Part shown: positions 27,709 to 41,700 of the stretch, piece by piece | Layout of the letters: the number at the start of each line of letters is the position of its first letter | Position numbering within the stretch: the first letter of the stretch is position 1 | Source of the DNA: Neoechinorhynchus agilis | Taxonomy: Eukaryota > Animalia > Acanthocephala | DNA length: 64,000 nt | Direction of reading: 5' to 3' | Assembly: GCA_051530055.1 (NCBI GenBank) | Contig: CM121342.1 | Location: forward strand, 16,135,480-16,199,479 | Notes under the pieces: model-generated | Database searches by the model: none | What the model was told of the DNA's origin: nothing | What the model saw: only the letters and a program-made list of their open reading frames with translations | Position numbers and translations under genes: made by a program

Positions 27709-30700
27709 ATGGCATACCTGATGTATCTATCAACGGGGTTTATACTCGCGATTTGTTCAATCAGTTAGGCACCCTTGAAACAAATCATGAAGATCTCGCT
27801 TCTTTGTAGGCCCTAGCAGCGATCTGTGCAACCAATTCCACGAAAACTGCGAATCGTGCATTTCAGGAGGCGGCCCGTTATGTGCTTGGTGCACTACTCC
27901 AGTGGTGAGGGAACTTCTGCGACTTTTAGTCGAATTTCCGTTTAGATTGAAGCGAATGCTAGTTTTAGTCGATGCGGCAGACATGACTTGATGAAAACTC
28001 ACTGCAAAAGCGATCGACTGGTCTACTCGAGAAGCAGTGTCGAACCAACTAAGGTTCGGCGATCGTTATTAAAATAAAAAACATAAAGTTCGCACTCGCT
28101 TCAAATAGATTGAACATTCACTAATGTCAGCAGCGATTGAAAGCGATCCAACCAACGTCGTTATTAAAATTAGACCAAGTAAGTTGTTAGTCGACTGTCT
28201 TAAGCCTGATCAAATAATTTTCGGGTTTTTCGAAACTCATTTGCATTATGAAATTGAATAAACGTTTTCCGATGCACAATGCCGTAAAAAACCTACCTCT
28301 TTGAGAATTTTAATTATAGTAATTCTCCACTGTCGCGGAGTGAATACGAAAATTATTAGTTTAATTTTTCCCATTAGCTCATCATCTCTTCTGTGAAAAA
28401 TTCGAAGGTCGAAATTCAACGCAAATTTACTTTTAGGCTGACCAACGAAGTTCGCCAGGGTACTTATCATCAGTCGTTTCTCAAGCATATTTTTGGAATT
28501 AAATACAGGGTATCCCAAAAAATGTATACACACTTTAAATAATTGTAAATTTAAGGTTTATTATAATTTGAATAATTTTCAACGTGTAAAAAATTATAAA
28601 AATACCATTCTATTGTCTTGTTATCGCATTTTCTCAAACTGTCAGGTCCCCAATAGATGCAATTGTGCTTGTTAATCGAAACATTTTTTCGGATATCCTG
28701 TATATAGTCCATTCGGTGTTATAATATTTTTAACAATAATATTACAATAGTATTTAAAATGCGCACTGTATCGCTTTGATAGCCCTTATCCACATCCACG
28801 GAGATAGCAAATGTAAACTTTTTCTATTGTTGAATATTATTGATCGAAGGGAACAATCGTATCCATTCTCATATTGTTTTCGAAAAAATCGTATTTAAAA
28901 TCGTTTTGCGAAGCTGTGTTTATTTTTCAACAGGGAAATTCGAGTTTCTGTTTAGCGCCCAGAATTTATTATTCATATAATTTAGGAGAATCCTAACCTG
29001 TTTTTTAAAACTATGTTAACATTTTTGTAAAATTATAATATTGTTGAAAATACTCCCGGTGCGAAAAAGCTACATAACATTATTATTTCTCACTACTTTA
29101 ACAATGACTGATGAGGCGAGGTTACCTCGCGAAATATCTCCAATAAATCAAATATGCTATTACCGGGAGTATTTTCACCAATATCGATGATTTTGTAAAA
29201 CATTGAAATTAAAAATCTCGTTCTTAAGCGGCTTGCGGTTTCCCGTTGAGCCCACAAAGTACAACGACAATGCGGATGTCAAGGAATAATCCCTAGATGA
29301 AATCCGTTCTCATACTAATTTATCCACCTGCCGCTCTTCACTTTAAAGAAACTTAAAACCTTTTAGACGACCCTGTGAAATTTAATGTGAGCTTCAAACA
29401 GGTTTCGGATTACCCGGTCGACCTTTATTTTTTAATGGATTTATCCAATTCTATGGTGGATGATAAGCATAGGCTGAGTCAGCTGGTTAAGCAACTAGGT
29501 ATGCCGCAAATCCATTTTCACTCACAAATATATTGTGAAAGCCACCAAAATGCGGAATATTACGTCGGACTTCAGATTGGGATTCGGAAGCTACGTGGAG
29601 AAACCTATAATGCCATTTGTAAGTATAGGTACCACTAATAGGTAATTTAAGATAAAAGTATTATGATTTGCTACATTTATGCCTGTCATAGATCTCATAA
29701 GTCGTGTGCGCTCCAAAATCAGAATGGAAACATTACAACTACATGTATACCAGCGTATAGTTTCAAACACCATCTTAGCCTGACAAATGACTCTGAGGAA
29801 TTCGCAGTGAGTTTTATGATTTAGTTTTGTTAATGTGATAGTGTCATATAGTCTAAAATTGTAGAATTGACTCACGTTTCACTAATTTTTTGTCAAAAAG
29901 TAGTAGTAGAATGTGCATATAACTCCATTGAAAGCCCTTTTCCTTCGGTATTTCGTCATGTATTATCTAGTCTCAAGTGGAAAAAACAAAGGTTTCCCGG
30001 AATATTGATGAACCTGAAGGCGGTCTAGATGCGCTAATGCAGGTCATTGTTTGCGAGGTGAGTTTATAGTGACATTAAAGATACATTATTTCATAATGGA
30101 AAGAAAATAATTGGCTGGCGACCGAACTCCAGAAGATTAATAGTCTTTTCAACAGACGCCGGTCTGCACTTTGCAGGAGACGGAAAGGCGCGTATTTAAC
30201 TTATTTCAGACTGGATAATATTCTTTTTTTTAACAGTTGGCTGGGATAATTGAACCAAACGATGAGAAATGCCACTTATCCCGAGTTTACGACCAATCAT
30301 TTGGTAGATTTGTCTACGAATATACCGAGTCAACGCGGCAGGTCAATTGGATCTTAGTACACTTTTTTATACACTGAAAAATTCTAGGATTATCCATCAT
30401 TTGGGCAAATCTATGCAAAATTGATGGAGTACAATGTCAATATTATTTTTGCGGTCACTTCGCGTCAAGTCCCTCTGTACACGGAAATCGCGAATTTTCT
30501 TGAAGCGGCTGTAGTCGGCGAATTGGACGATGACTCAAGCAACATTGTGGACTTGGTGGCAATGAATTATAAGGTATGTTGACGGGTATGTATGCTTTGA
30601 TCATAAAAGCATTAAGAAAATCACTAATCGAATGAGATTGATGTTCAAGGCATCTGGGGATGCGAAGGTTGTCAAAGAAGGCAAAGTGTTTTTAGTTGGA

Positions 30701-33119
30701 AATAAAGTAAAAATTGGATTGGATCCTGAATGCAGACCGTAAGTTACTCATTTAGTTCATTTAGTTTTTGAATCCTTTTACAGAGTAGCTGTAAATGGAG
30801 AGAAAAAGGATGCACGATGTGAAATTGGTTTAGGAGAACAGGTAAACGTGAATTGAATTTTTAGTTCAGAAAAACAGAACGATAATTTACGGTACACTTA
30901 ATTTTTTGAAGCCTGAATGCACTATGACAAATTGAGACGCTAAACGCTGATTTTGTTTATATATTTTTTGCCCCGTTCGCAGATTGAAAAATCAAAAGAT
31001 CTTTTCGCGAAATAAAATACATATTTCGAACTATTCAGCGTTTTAGTAACAATTTTTTATCCTTACGTTTAATATAACCAATAATGTGTTACAATTTTCG
31101 GAAACTGTTCAATGAACAAATTTGAAATGTTTTTAAAATTTGTACATTAAAAGTAACGTGCCTATGAGAACATTTACGTTTTCCAGCTTACTGTAAACGT
31201 AATGGTCCACTTGGATGAATGTGTCAATAATCAATCGGTTACTTTGTACCCTTATGGCATGATAAACGCTGGATTGAAGATGGAGATCTACTCGCAATGT
31301 AAGTGTGAATGCATAAAAAGTAAAAAGGATGACAAAAAAGTTAGTATCGTTTTTCCTTTTTAAATACTGCGAAATTAAAACGTAGATTTGTAACGACCAC
31401 GGCAATTATCATTGTGGTGTATGCCAATGCGCAGAGGGATATTTTGGACGAAATTGTGAATGTGATGGGGAAAGTGAAAGCGATGAAGCACTTTTGCAAC
31501 GATGTAAACGGTAAATCTAAAGATCGAGTCGAGCAGTCTTGTGTCGCCTTTTTACGACAAACTTCGCATAGGCCCGAAAGCAATGTTCTATGTTCAGGAC
31601 GTGGGCAATGTTTGTGTGGAAAATGCAATTGCTTTAAAAGAGAAGTAAGCGACTATTTTGTTATCTTAACGCCGACGATCTAGGCCGGTGAGAAAATAAG
31701 TGGAGAATTCTGCGAATGTGATAATTTCTCGTGTCCTCGCTGGAACGGACATGTATGTTCAGGTAACGTTCATCATAATATGGTCACATCTTTTGCTAAT
31801 TTTTCTAAAGGACACGGCGCTTGTCAGTGCGATGGAAGCTGTCTTTGTCATTTGGGGTGGACCGGGTACGATTGTGCTTGCACCTCCAACACGGTACCGT
31901 GTATGTCGAATGCTTCAGGGGTACGAACTATTTCAAGTCTTTTATGATCTACTTCAATTTCAAGCTCTTATGCAACGGTAAAGGAATATGCGAATGTGGC
32001 ACATGTATTTGCAATCCATCGGAAGACTTTCTTGGGCCGACATGTGAAGAGTGTCCAGTAAGACAAGCGATTTAGTTTTTGCCATAAAAATCAATTAGAC
32101 ATGCGAACGAGGATGTATCGACACACGCGACTGCGTCCGTTGTATGGCGTTTCAAACGGGTCCTTTGAACGAAAAGGAATGTTTGCAATGTCCTTACAAA
32201 CTCGAAATTATTGATGACTTCGCAGGTTCGAACATTAGTGATTTTTAATACCTTAGTGCATATTTAGTCAATGAAAGATTCGAGCATGGCTCACGCCGAT
32301 TCTGCCAATTTGCGGATAGTGATGGATGTACTTTTTTTTACTTCGCTGTAAATCCTGAGTATCGTAACCATTTTTAATCTTATTATTTCATAGTCACAAC
32401 AAATTGCGATTTTTTTAAAGAAGTAAACGTTTTTCTGGTTATGTACCTCCTTCTAAGCAGTTATAAGCAGAAGCCACTTTTGAAATTCGACTTTTCGACT
32501 AATAGATAATCGATTTTCCCTCTGTTGTTTACAAAAGTTTTGGACCAAGCACAATCAATTTACAAACATTGTGGGATGCTCTTTTATTAATATGGGATAA
32601 TTCAAACCTAAAGTTTGACGCTAATTATACAACTACATCGAATTTTATAAGCTTTTAAAAGGAATTCTGCATTTTTAAATTGTTAGCATTGTTTTTGTCG
32701 GCAAAAATTCTCGCCATGGCGCATAAAAAATATCTTTTGAAACTCAGGATCTAAGGCTTTACTCTTATCAGCTCGCATCCAACGGTAATACTGTGCTTCG
32801 AGTTAAAAGGGAAAAATCATGCCCCCTTCCGTTACCCTTCTGGCTTGTCTCGACGGTCATTACGTCTTCCATTTTAATCGTTGGAGCGCTTGCCCTTGCC
32901 ACTTGGAGGATTACAGTCACAATTCAGGACCGAAACGAGATCGCAGAATTTGATAGGGATTCCGACAAGACAAAATGGATTAAGGTTTGTTTCTTTTCTC
33001 AGACAGTTCGATTGAAATATTAGAACAAATGGTAGAATAAGAATCCTATCTATCGGCAAGCTTCAATGACATACGGAAACCCGCTTTACCGTCAACGTAG
33101 CCGCGTGACAGATCAATAA
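27709..33119 (+). CDS. ITGB: Integrin beta subunit, about 20 exons
   Basis: Signal peptide, PSI ([15 protein letters not shown]), beta-I domain [15 protein letters not shown] (MIDAS), [16 protein letters not shown], Cys-rich EGF repeats, TM segment, NPIY and NPLY tail motifs. Introns are GT-AG except one GC-AG. Confidence 0.93.
28506..28700. mobile_element. Tc1/mariner-type MITE (195 bp) in an integrin intron
   Basis: TIRs CAGGGTATCCCAAAAAATGT / ACATTTTTTCGGATATCCTG flanked by TA on both sides. Confidence 0.85.
29045..29185. repeat. Member of the GGTGAAAATACTCCCGGT foldback family with hammerhead-like core
   Basis: CTGATGA(29108)-G-GCGAGG-TTA-CCTCGC-GAAA-TA-TC; arms shared with 48225-48314 and 53501-53789. 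Confidence 0.7.
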
Positions 33120-33138
33120 ATGCAATTTTCTTTTGAAT

Positions 33139-34887
33139 TTAAACCTCACACTCATCATCCGCATCGTTTCCAGGATCATTTGATTCTTCGAGCACCATCG
33201 TAAGACAATTGGGGTCAGGTATCTTTTCGCCAACGACTTCCAATGCGACCTTTGTGTAATATTCATCTATACTCTGATAATCGCCAGCACAACCCGCTTG
33301 ACTGGTTTGTGAGATTTCTGAAGGATTTCGAGAGTGGTTAGCTTTTATCATGAGATTTGATTGATACATTGAAGATGTTACCTCTGCACTGGCATTTCGG
33401 GTGTGCTTTGCGAGAAGCATGGGTCGACCAAGAACACGATTCTTCGTGGCACCTTCTTCGCCGTTTTCATTCGTCCGCTCACTAGATTTGATCGAATTCA
33501 ATCGGAGAACACCAAAACTGTCAGAGAGATTGCGAATATGGCGATTAGATGATGAGTCCTCCAATGACATATCCAAATAAGCGCTCACCGAACTATTCGT
33601 TGAGTACTCATTATCATTGGTTGATTCCTCGATTCTTGCTACTTTCACATAAGCGATAGGCGGCGTTTAGGTCAACCAGCAAATAATTTATGCTGGGAGC
33701 AAAACCCATAGTTTTAAACTACAATTATTGCTGTCAGAATTATGACTGAACTAAAGTACAAATGTTCAAAAAAGATTTCATTTCGATCCGAAAAAGCAGA
33801 ATAATCATTGAAACATTTTTGAACAATGGTCTTAAGTTACCATTGAATGACTATACTTCAAAACAATTGGTAAAGGGTTTCGCAAACTCTAACTAATTTA
33901 GATGGGTGTCTTATCCGATATCGAAATACGGAATGTCGTTATTTGCACCTTCATTTTTAGCACTGCTCTCCGCAATGTCCTGAAATAAGATGGACCATTT
34001 GATATCTCTACAGAATCGCCACACTTTTTAAGAGCAAATGAACCTTTGCCACCTACCGCTTCTTTTTACGTGCTCAGAAATCCGTTTATATATAAGTTCT
34101 GCTCCGCTATAATCTAGAATCCCAACGGCTGCAACAAGAGCTCTAACATTGGTGCATTTCCCAAGAGCCTTTCGATTGAGGGCAAAAGCGCAGCATATTC
34201 GCTGTTCTTCGCAATATTCAAAAATTCTATTTATGATGTCGTCAAGACCGCCCTCGGCGTTAGTTGGTTCACAGTCAGGAGCAATTATCACCAGTCTGAC
34301 TTGCTTAGCCTTTAAGCGCTTAAGAATCTGACGAAGGCCAACAATATATCTTCGATGATATAGAGGTAAAGTTGATATATGTCACACCCAGCAATCATCT
34401 TCACCTCTCTCTATCGAGCTTTAATCTTATTCTTTGCGTATGCTCTTGATTGAAAATCAACGAGCAGTTTCAGTAAAAGACAGCAATCTTCATCGAGCTC
34501 GTGGGATCGTCTATTTCTACAATATTCCCGGTAAACAGCTAGGTCGGATTTTCTAGGCTTCTCAATCTCTTCTTCATTATCGATTGTTGCTTTCCAGTCG
34601 ATTTGACTTCTCTCTGATCTATCCGTACGTTCCTTCAAAATAATTTTCTTCAATGTGGATTGCTTCTTTTTTGCTGGACGCTCGGGAGGTCGTTCCTTTC
34701 CCCGCCGTATAATGATGGGTTCCGGTGTCTTTGTTTGCGGTTTCGGTTGGTCTTGCTTCTTTTGCACGGAGCGAGATGAATTGATAATCCGGGAAGACAA
34801 GTTTAATAAAATTGGTTGCTCTATTCTCTGGCGGAATGTTAGACGTTTGTTGTCAGAAGAAGGCGAATGATGTTTTGCCTTGCTCAT
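33139..34887 (-). CDS. SECISBP2L: SECIS-binding protein 2-like (SBP2/SBP2L) with L7Ae domain
   Basis: KKKQSTLKKIILKER, LLKLLVDFQSRAY, RRYIVGLRQILK, VIIAPDCE, ALNRKALGK, VGILDYSGA and C-terminal HSRNPS motif. Two GT-AG introns plus one non-canonical 53-nt insert. Confidence 0.85.
34360..34412 (-). other. 53-nt inverted-repeat insert in SECISBP2L CDS (candidate AG..AT intron)
   Basis: AGAGGTGAAGATGAT vs reverse complement AGAGGTAAAGTTGAT (13/15); ATA repeated at both junctions; in-frame TAG at the 5' junction. Removal gives KIKARYHRRYIVGLRQ. Confidence 0.8.
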
Positions 34888-35734
34888 ATTAGCACAATCT
34901 TTTGGGATGACTTAAATCTGAAAAGGAAAGATTCTGAAGCGATAATGCGTACTCGGAAGTGACCAATTTTTAAGCAACTGATCACAAAAATCAGCTTTCC
35001 AACGAAGGTTAAACTATAAGAACGAGGAAATAAAGTACAGAAAGCAAATCTACAACGCATATTCAGCGCACGTTGTATCCAATCAGAATAAAAGGGCATT
35101 CGCAAGGCAGCCAATCAGAATTAAAATTCGTCGGTGCTTTTGATTAGTCATAATATGATAATATTATTCGAGATTGAGCATGAAATAATTTAAATTATGT
35201 ATGCAATAAGCCAGAAACTAGCTTTTAATTCGACAACAATGGCACAGCGTTTCAAAGTTAACAAAATCGCGTTATAGGTCCAAGCGTAAAGTTGAAGAGC
35301 ACCGGAAAAACGCAAGTGTACGAGAGAAGACTATTTTGGGACAATAGAGTTAAAGTTATGATGATCATAACCGCCGTATAAAAATATTTCGAAAAAGAAA
35401 GCCACGTTGTATCGTCAATTACGATAACCACATTTCCAATAAAAAGAACGGTTGGAGAATAAGTTACAAGAAATTACTCACAATCTACTTTCTTTCGAAG
35501 TACAACATGAGACTTAAAAGGCACATTTGCTTTTTACGTTTCAGACTAGGCGTTTGCGTTCAAAGGTCGCGATTTAATTTCCCATTTCTCAGATTATCAC
35601 GACGAACTTGAGGAGCGGACGAATAAATCGGTTTTTTATAAAATGCGAAAATGTATTTTTGAATCCGACGGGGTTGTAAAATTAAGAAAAGGAAAGTGAA
35701 GTTCCAAGACTTTCTGGTGGCAGTTGAAGAATGG

Positions 35735-36096
35735 TGCCAGCAGACAGGCGCTAACCATGTTCCCGTGAATGGTCTCAGACAGTCGATCTGGGACAGACCT
35801 CTCGTCGCACTGGAGGTGCAGCCAGTGCAGCGGAAGGGAGGAAGGTACGAAAATATAGAGAATTAGCAAGGGCCCGCTATTTTGTCCCCTTCGGGGTAGA
35901 GACGTATGGAGTGCTTGGCAGCTCGGCACTCACTCTGCTCCAGGATCTCTCGAAAAAATTGAGAGAGACAACCGGAGACTCAAGAGCAGGTGTATTCCTG
36001 CGACAAAATATCTCGCTCGCAGTACGAGGCAATGCTGCTAGCGTGATAGCGACATCCGAGGAAGGAGAGAAGCTAAGATTTTGCGGACGGTGGTGA
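35735..36096 (+). mobile_element. Internally deleted CRE-clade fragment
   Basis: VPVNGLRQSIWDRPLVA fused to FVPFGVETYGVLGSSAL...GDSRAGVFLRQNISLAVRGNAASV. Confidence 0.8.
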
Positions 36097-36804
36097 TTGC
36101 ACGTTTTGTACTTTATTATTAATTAACAAAAAATGTTTTCAGATATTGTTAAAGTCAATAGCTCATAATTTGTCCGGGCCGTGTGCAAATCAATGAATTA
36201 TGGGACGAATTATTGTTTAGAAGTCTTCAATATGTAAATAATTTTTTCGATTGAAAACGTTCTGCGAACCACGTAAGGGGACGGGTGAAAACTTGAACAA
36301 TAATTCTAATCATATAGTCCGGTACCTGCTCGCACATCGACATTTTAATAAATTATGGTTTTTTAAAATGTTCATATCTGGATGTGAATTTTTACACTTT
36401 ATCACTAGTCTTTGTAGCTAGATTCGAATGCTCCCATTAATTTTTATCTCTAAGTTGCGAAATTCAATGAACGACGTTAAGAATCAACGATATCTTCCAT
36501 TTAATTTTTTTAGCATTGCAGTACACAATTCTATGCGTTAAATTGAGCACGGTCCTCGATCAGTTTTGAATGAGGCAAATAAATTGAGTCCGAGTAAATT
36601 ATTGTTTGTTTAATTTAAAACCTTAGATCGAAACGAATGATAATGAACACAGACTAATAAGTGAATCATTTATCGAAATTTAACACAATATTAAAAACAT
36701 GTCGAACAAAACGAGTAATAATGATTGCCGAACAAACATAACATTTGAAGAAAACGAAACTATGTTCATTCATAGAATTTATAGTGTGCGTGCTTTTATT
36801 GAAG

Positions 36805-36884
36805 TTATATCAATGTGTGGTCTTTTATCACACGGTTGATAATTTTTGGGCAGCCGTGTGATAAAAGGCCACACATTGATATAA
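36805..36884. repeat. 80-nt intergenic hairpin
   Basis: TTATATCAATGTGTGGTCTTTTATCACACGGTTG pairs with CAGCCGTGTGATAAAAGGCCACACATTGATATAA (near-perfect, about 34 bp). Confidence 0.8.
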
Positions 36885-38721
36885 TTTATCGGCTGGCCAA
36901 TCTTCATAACAAAATAATTTATCAGTTAAGCACGTTTACTTTTAACAGCAATGATTAAATCAATAAATACTGCGAACTCTACGTTAGTGTAATTAAAGTA
37001 ATTTGTTTAAGATTTGTTGATCATTAAGTTTTTGTTGGCTTTTGGTGGAAAAATTAGTTGAAAAACTTGTGCCGAAATATTGGATTTAATAAACTTTATT
37101 CGATTTTTCCACCAGAAACAAACATGAATAATTCAATCTTCAAACGTTTTAGGAATGATGCATTTTGTAGTAGGGACCAACCAAAAAGTACGCCACTATT
37201 TCGGGTGGACGACCGTAACCCAACGAATGTAAGTCTCTTGGCAAGATAAAAAACCGATTTTTATTTTCGCACTTGCATTCATCGAGCATTCGAGATTGTC
37301 AACACGTGTTAACATAACAAATTGTTTGAATTTTTCGTCCCTATTACAGTTGTGTAATTTTTTAAATTTCAATCATGCCAGCACAACGTACGTCCTTTTC
37401 GATTGTCTAAATAGAAATGTATTTTATAATTTATGATCCTATGGAGTCATTACTAGAAACTTGGACCAGCTTCGGCACAACAAAATGCAAAGTTGAAACA
37501 ATTAAATGATATTTTCAGTAAAACCTAGAAAATTGAATCTCTGCACGGAATACAGAGCGTACTCTTCGATCGACCTAAGCGTTTCAATAATTTGATGATT
37601 TTTTGAAAGATTATTGTCAATCAAAAAAGGTAAACTCGATACTCATCGTCCAGGTTTACTTTTAAAATATCAAGTACCAAAATGTATTTTGCAAACGAAG
37701 GCCTAACTGTCATTAATGCGACCGAATAGTCAGGCACTAAAAATTCTAAATTTGTCTCTAGCAAGTTTCCGACCATTGAACAATCAGCCTCTCTCTTTGT
37801 AAAATTACACGCCTCGCCTTCAAGGTACGTCTATATTTTTCAGAAAAGTGCTTGTATTTTTCTCAACACTTAATGGGTTGAACTTGTCATGAGTTTTTAT
37901 GTTTGCCGCAGAAATTGATTAAATCCAAAGCGTCTTTGATATATAAGATGCTGAAAAAGGATAAGTTCATCGGACGTTACAGTCTTTCAATATTTTGAAA
38001 TTTGAGCACTACGGCTGTTCGCATTGTAGGACAATAGGTGTTCCAATCATCTTTTTTTAGTCGATTGCTTTAATTTTTTCGCATCTCTGAGGTTTAGTAG
38101 TTGGACTTTGTCGCACTTGAATACATTTACGTTGGAAGCAGCTTTTAGGGAAGCATGCGTCTGTATGATAGAGACCACTTTATGGAGTAGTAGATTCCAC
38201 AGCAACCCATTCGACTACGAGTTATTTCTCCGTCTGCAGACGAATCTGCGCCACAGAATGCTTTTCTCGGGAAGCGTTTTGGTGCACATTACCGAGCCAA
38301 ATATTCGCTTTCATCACACGCTCTGTCAAATGTTTATGAAACCAAAAAGGTTGCTCAATCAGCTAAAATCCGATAAACTGGTTATTCGCTTTCTAATTCT
38401 ATATCTTAGCTTCACGGCCATTTTGCATAAACGAAAGTAATTATTGAATGGCCCCGCGTTTCGGGGAACTGGAAATAAAAATCCCTTTGTTAATTTGTGT
38501 ACTAGTGTCCATCTTGTTTCTCAAGTTAGTTTAAAAAGAAATTAACCTACAAGAGTGCATGCTCTTCTCTTTCTCTATATATTTATTTAAAAGCACTTTA
38601 CCATTGTTACCTCACACGAAGCACCGTCTGCTACTGCAGGAGGTAACGCCATGCATTCGAACGCAGTGCTTCTAAGAAGAACGAGAGACCGAGTTTCTTT
38701 TTAGGATCTGCCCACCGCTAG

Positions 38722-41700
38722 ATGAATGGGAATCTTCACTCAGATGAAATTAGTGAAGATGAGTCGACCAAAGATATCTCCATTGAAGGAGATCAGCTTT
38801 TGTCTCTTCTTTCTTCAAGTACATCACAACAAGTGAAGACCCTGGCCAGTAATTTTGTAGAACGAGCTGTACAGTTGGCATACGATAAGCATGGGCAAAG
38901 ATTCTTTGACTTAATAAAGAATCTCTGACTTTAACCGGCATGCCGTGAAGGAATGTCAAAACCGAAAGAGGGAAATTGAAGAGTTAAGTCAAGTGATAAG
39001 CCAAATGAAGAAAAGCATGCAAAATGAGTTGGGTTCTGGCGAGCAACGAGAAGCCATGTTGGTGATTGAAGGCGAACAAAGGGAGTTTGCCTCAAGGCAG
39101 TTAATCGCCCGTCTCGAAATGGACAACAGAAATCTTAAGGCTGAGTCGAAACAGCTCAAATCTAAGCTTAATGAGTACGAAGTGTCATTTGATCAATACG
39201 AAGCAGAAAAACGGGTCAATTCAATGAATATTAAGAAGCTTACGTCTGAATTGAACGATCTCAAGCCAAGGTACGTGCGGCTCGAGGAGGACAATTTCAA
39301 GCTAGAAGATAAGAACGTGAAACTCGAGAAACTTGCGGCGAAGTTGAGAAAAGAAATGTTGAAGATGGACGAAGTTCTAATGGAAAATGAACAGGCGAAG
39401 GAAAGAATAGGAGACCTTCGTACTCAAATTGAACACATTACAAGTCTTAAGGAAATTGCCCAGCAACAGTTCGAGGAAGTACTTCAAAACTTAAAGCATG
39501 AGCGCCAGATAAAATATCAGCTTAAGCGAGAGTTAGGCACCAAAACTCAAAAGGTAGGTCTCAGTTTTAAGTGTTTTTCAAATGATGAAACAGTTCATGG
39601 GAATTGCTATAGAGTCAACATTAAATATAAAGCGATTAGCACAACCACACTTACACATTTTTTAATGAACAACCTTTTATCAAGAAATTTCATTTGTTCC
39701 TAACGACGTTTTCTAGCTTTCTATATGTTGAAAAAACTTCACGAATTTGAAATCTGAGCGACTTTTCTAATACAAAGAGCGCCAAAGCTGGTTTGATTAA
39801 CTGCTCATGGGCATTCATTTTCTGCATCATTGGGTCAATTCGCCTTTTCTTAAAGCTACCTTTTGTTGTTTGCAGGAGTCTATGGCAATATTGGCTAACA
39901 TAGCCGACAGTTTGGCAACATCAGCAACAACGACAATCGAAGATGTTCATCAGATATCAGGGGACATGTTTGATCCCTGCGAAATGATTGTTGATATTCA
40001 TCAAAACGTGGACGAGGTCGACGAAGACGAATCCATCGACCCTAAACACGAACATGATACAGAACCGCCTTCTCTGCTCAGTGAATTGAATCAGGCTGAA
40101 ATGAATCAACTTCGACACGAGTGCTCCCGCGCCAAAAGCGAAAATGACCAGCTTTCCCACCAATTAAATGTCAATCAATGTATTTTGATGAAGTGCTCTG
40201 ATCATTTTGAAGATTGTATGAGGCGCTTGGGTGCCGTATCGAAGATAATCTTGAACATTAATGATGATCCAAATGAAAACAAAAGTATACGTGAAGATGG
40301 GAAATCGGTTGAGACTATGATGGAGCGGCACTTGTCGGTGGTGCGCATTCTCGAAGAGGCTATATGCGCCCCTAAATCTTGCGTCTCGGATGAAGATGTA
40401 AATCGGCTGAAATTAGAAGCATCGAATATTCAAAAACAATTGGACGAGATTATTTGCGAAAATTCTCAATACAAAGTCTGTTTGGAATCTGCGATGAGTG
40501 AAATTGAACAGATAAGTGGCCAAATGAGTATTGAAGATGTTTTACATTTTGGAGAAGACGAGAGTGAAGACAATGAAAATTATGTATCCAATGTAAGTGG
40601 ATGTGAGATTCTTTGCCAGAAGTTTAAAGACAAACTTCATTCGATATTTCAATCGGTAGATAATGCTGAGCTACGAGGACCGGCGGGAGGAGATCAAACA
40701 AGCGATGTTAATGATTGCGCAAAGTTGAGGTCAATTTTATCTGGAAAGCGAGAGCAGATAGCAGCCTTAAAGACTGTATTGGAAGCGAACAAAAGAACTG
40801 CTGAAATTGCTTTGGCCAACCTGAAGAGCAAGCACGTAGAGTATAAAACCTCGTTAATATTAAAACCTGAAATATTGCAACTTCGACTCGACAACTACTA
40901 TTTCGTTTTCCTCCTGCGTTTTTTAGATTTTACGAAGTTTCCTAAGAAAGCAAACTACGAGGAAATTCAAAAATTGGATACTGAGTTATTAAAAGAATAT
41001 ATTCAGATTACTTATAAGTAGTCTTTTATCTATATTAATTTCGGAAGCATTTCTGTATTTAATTGACCAAACGATCAATTATAATTTTTTTACTTGTTAA
41101 GTATAAATCACAACAATGCAATTTTTTAACAAAAGTTAAGAAACTTTTGAGATCTAGAATTTTTATTTGTTCCTGAAGATCCTAAAGATTTCGTTTTTCG
41201 TCTCTATACCTCAAAATGGTGCATTATTGGAATTTATTCAATAATTAAATTATGCGCAAATTTTTAAAAATCGTTAATTTATTATATGAATAAAAATAAC
41301 TTATTAACCAATTTTTTAAATCCTTAGAGAATATTTTGAAAGTTCTCAATTAAGTAAAAGTATGCGATTATAAAGTTAATTTCATTATTCCAGAAAGTCT
41401 CTGAAAATTAGTTTAAATACTAACTTGAAATTAAATGAATCAAAGCGTCTAAAATTCCATGTATCATCTTCCAGGATATAAGGTTGTCTTTTAACTCAAA
41501 AAGGTTGCCGTTTGAATAACTGTAATATTTAATCGGATTTTCATGCAATAGAGGGCTGCTTTCTAATACTTTTAAAGTCATTTTTGACATACAAGATACC
41601 TCTAGTGCTCCACAGAACACCTTGATACCCTTTGTCAGCTATATATTGAGCGATAATACTTTTTCGTGCATTTTAAAAGGACTCCCATTATTTTTAGTAA

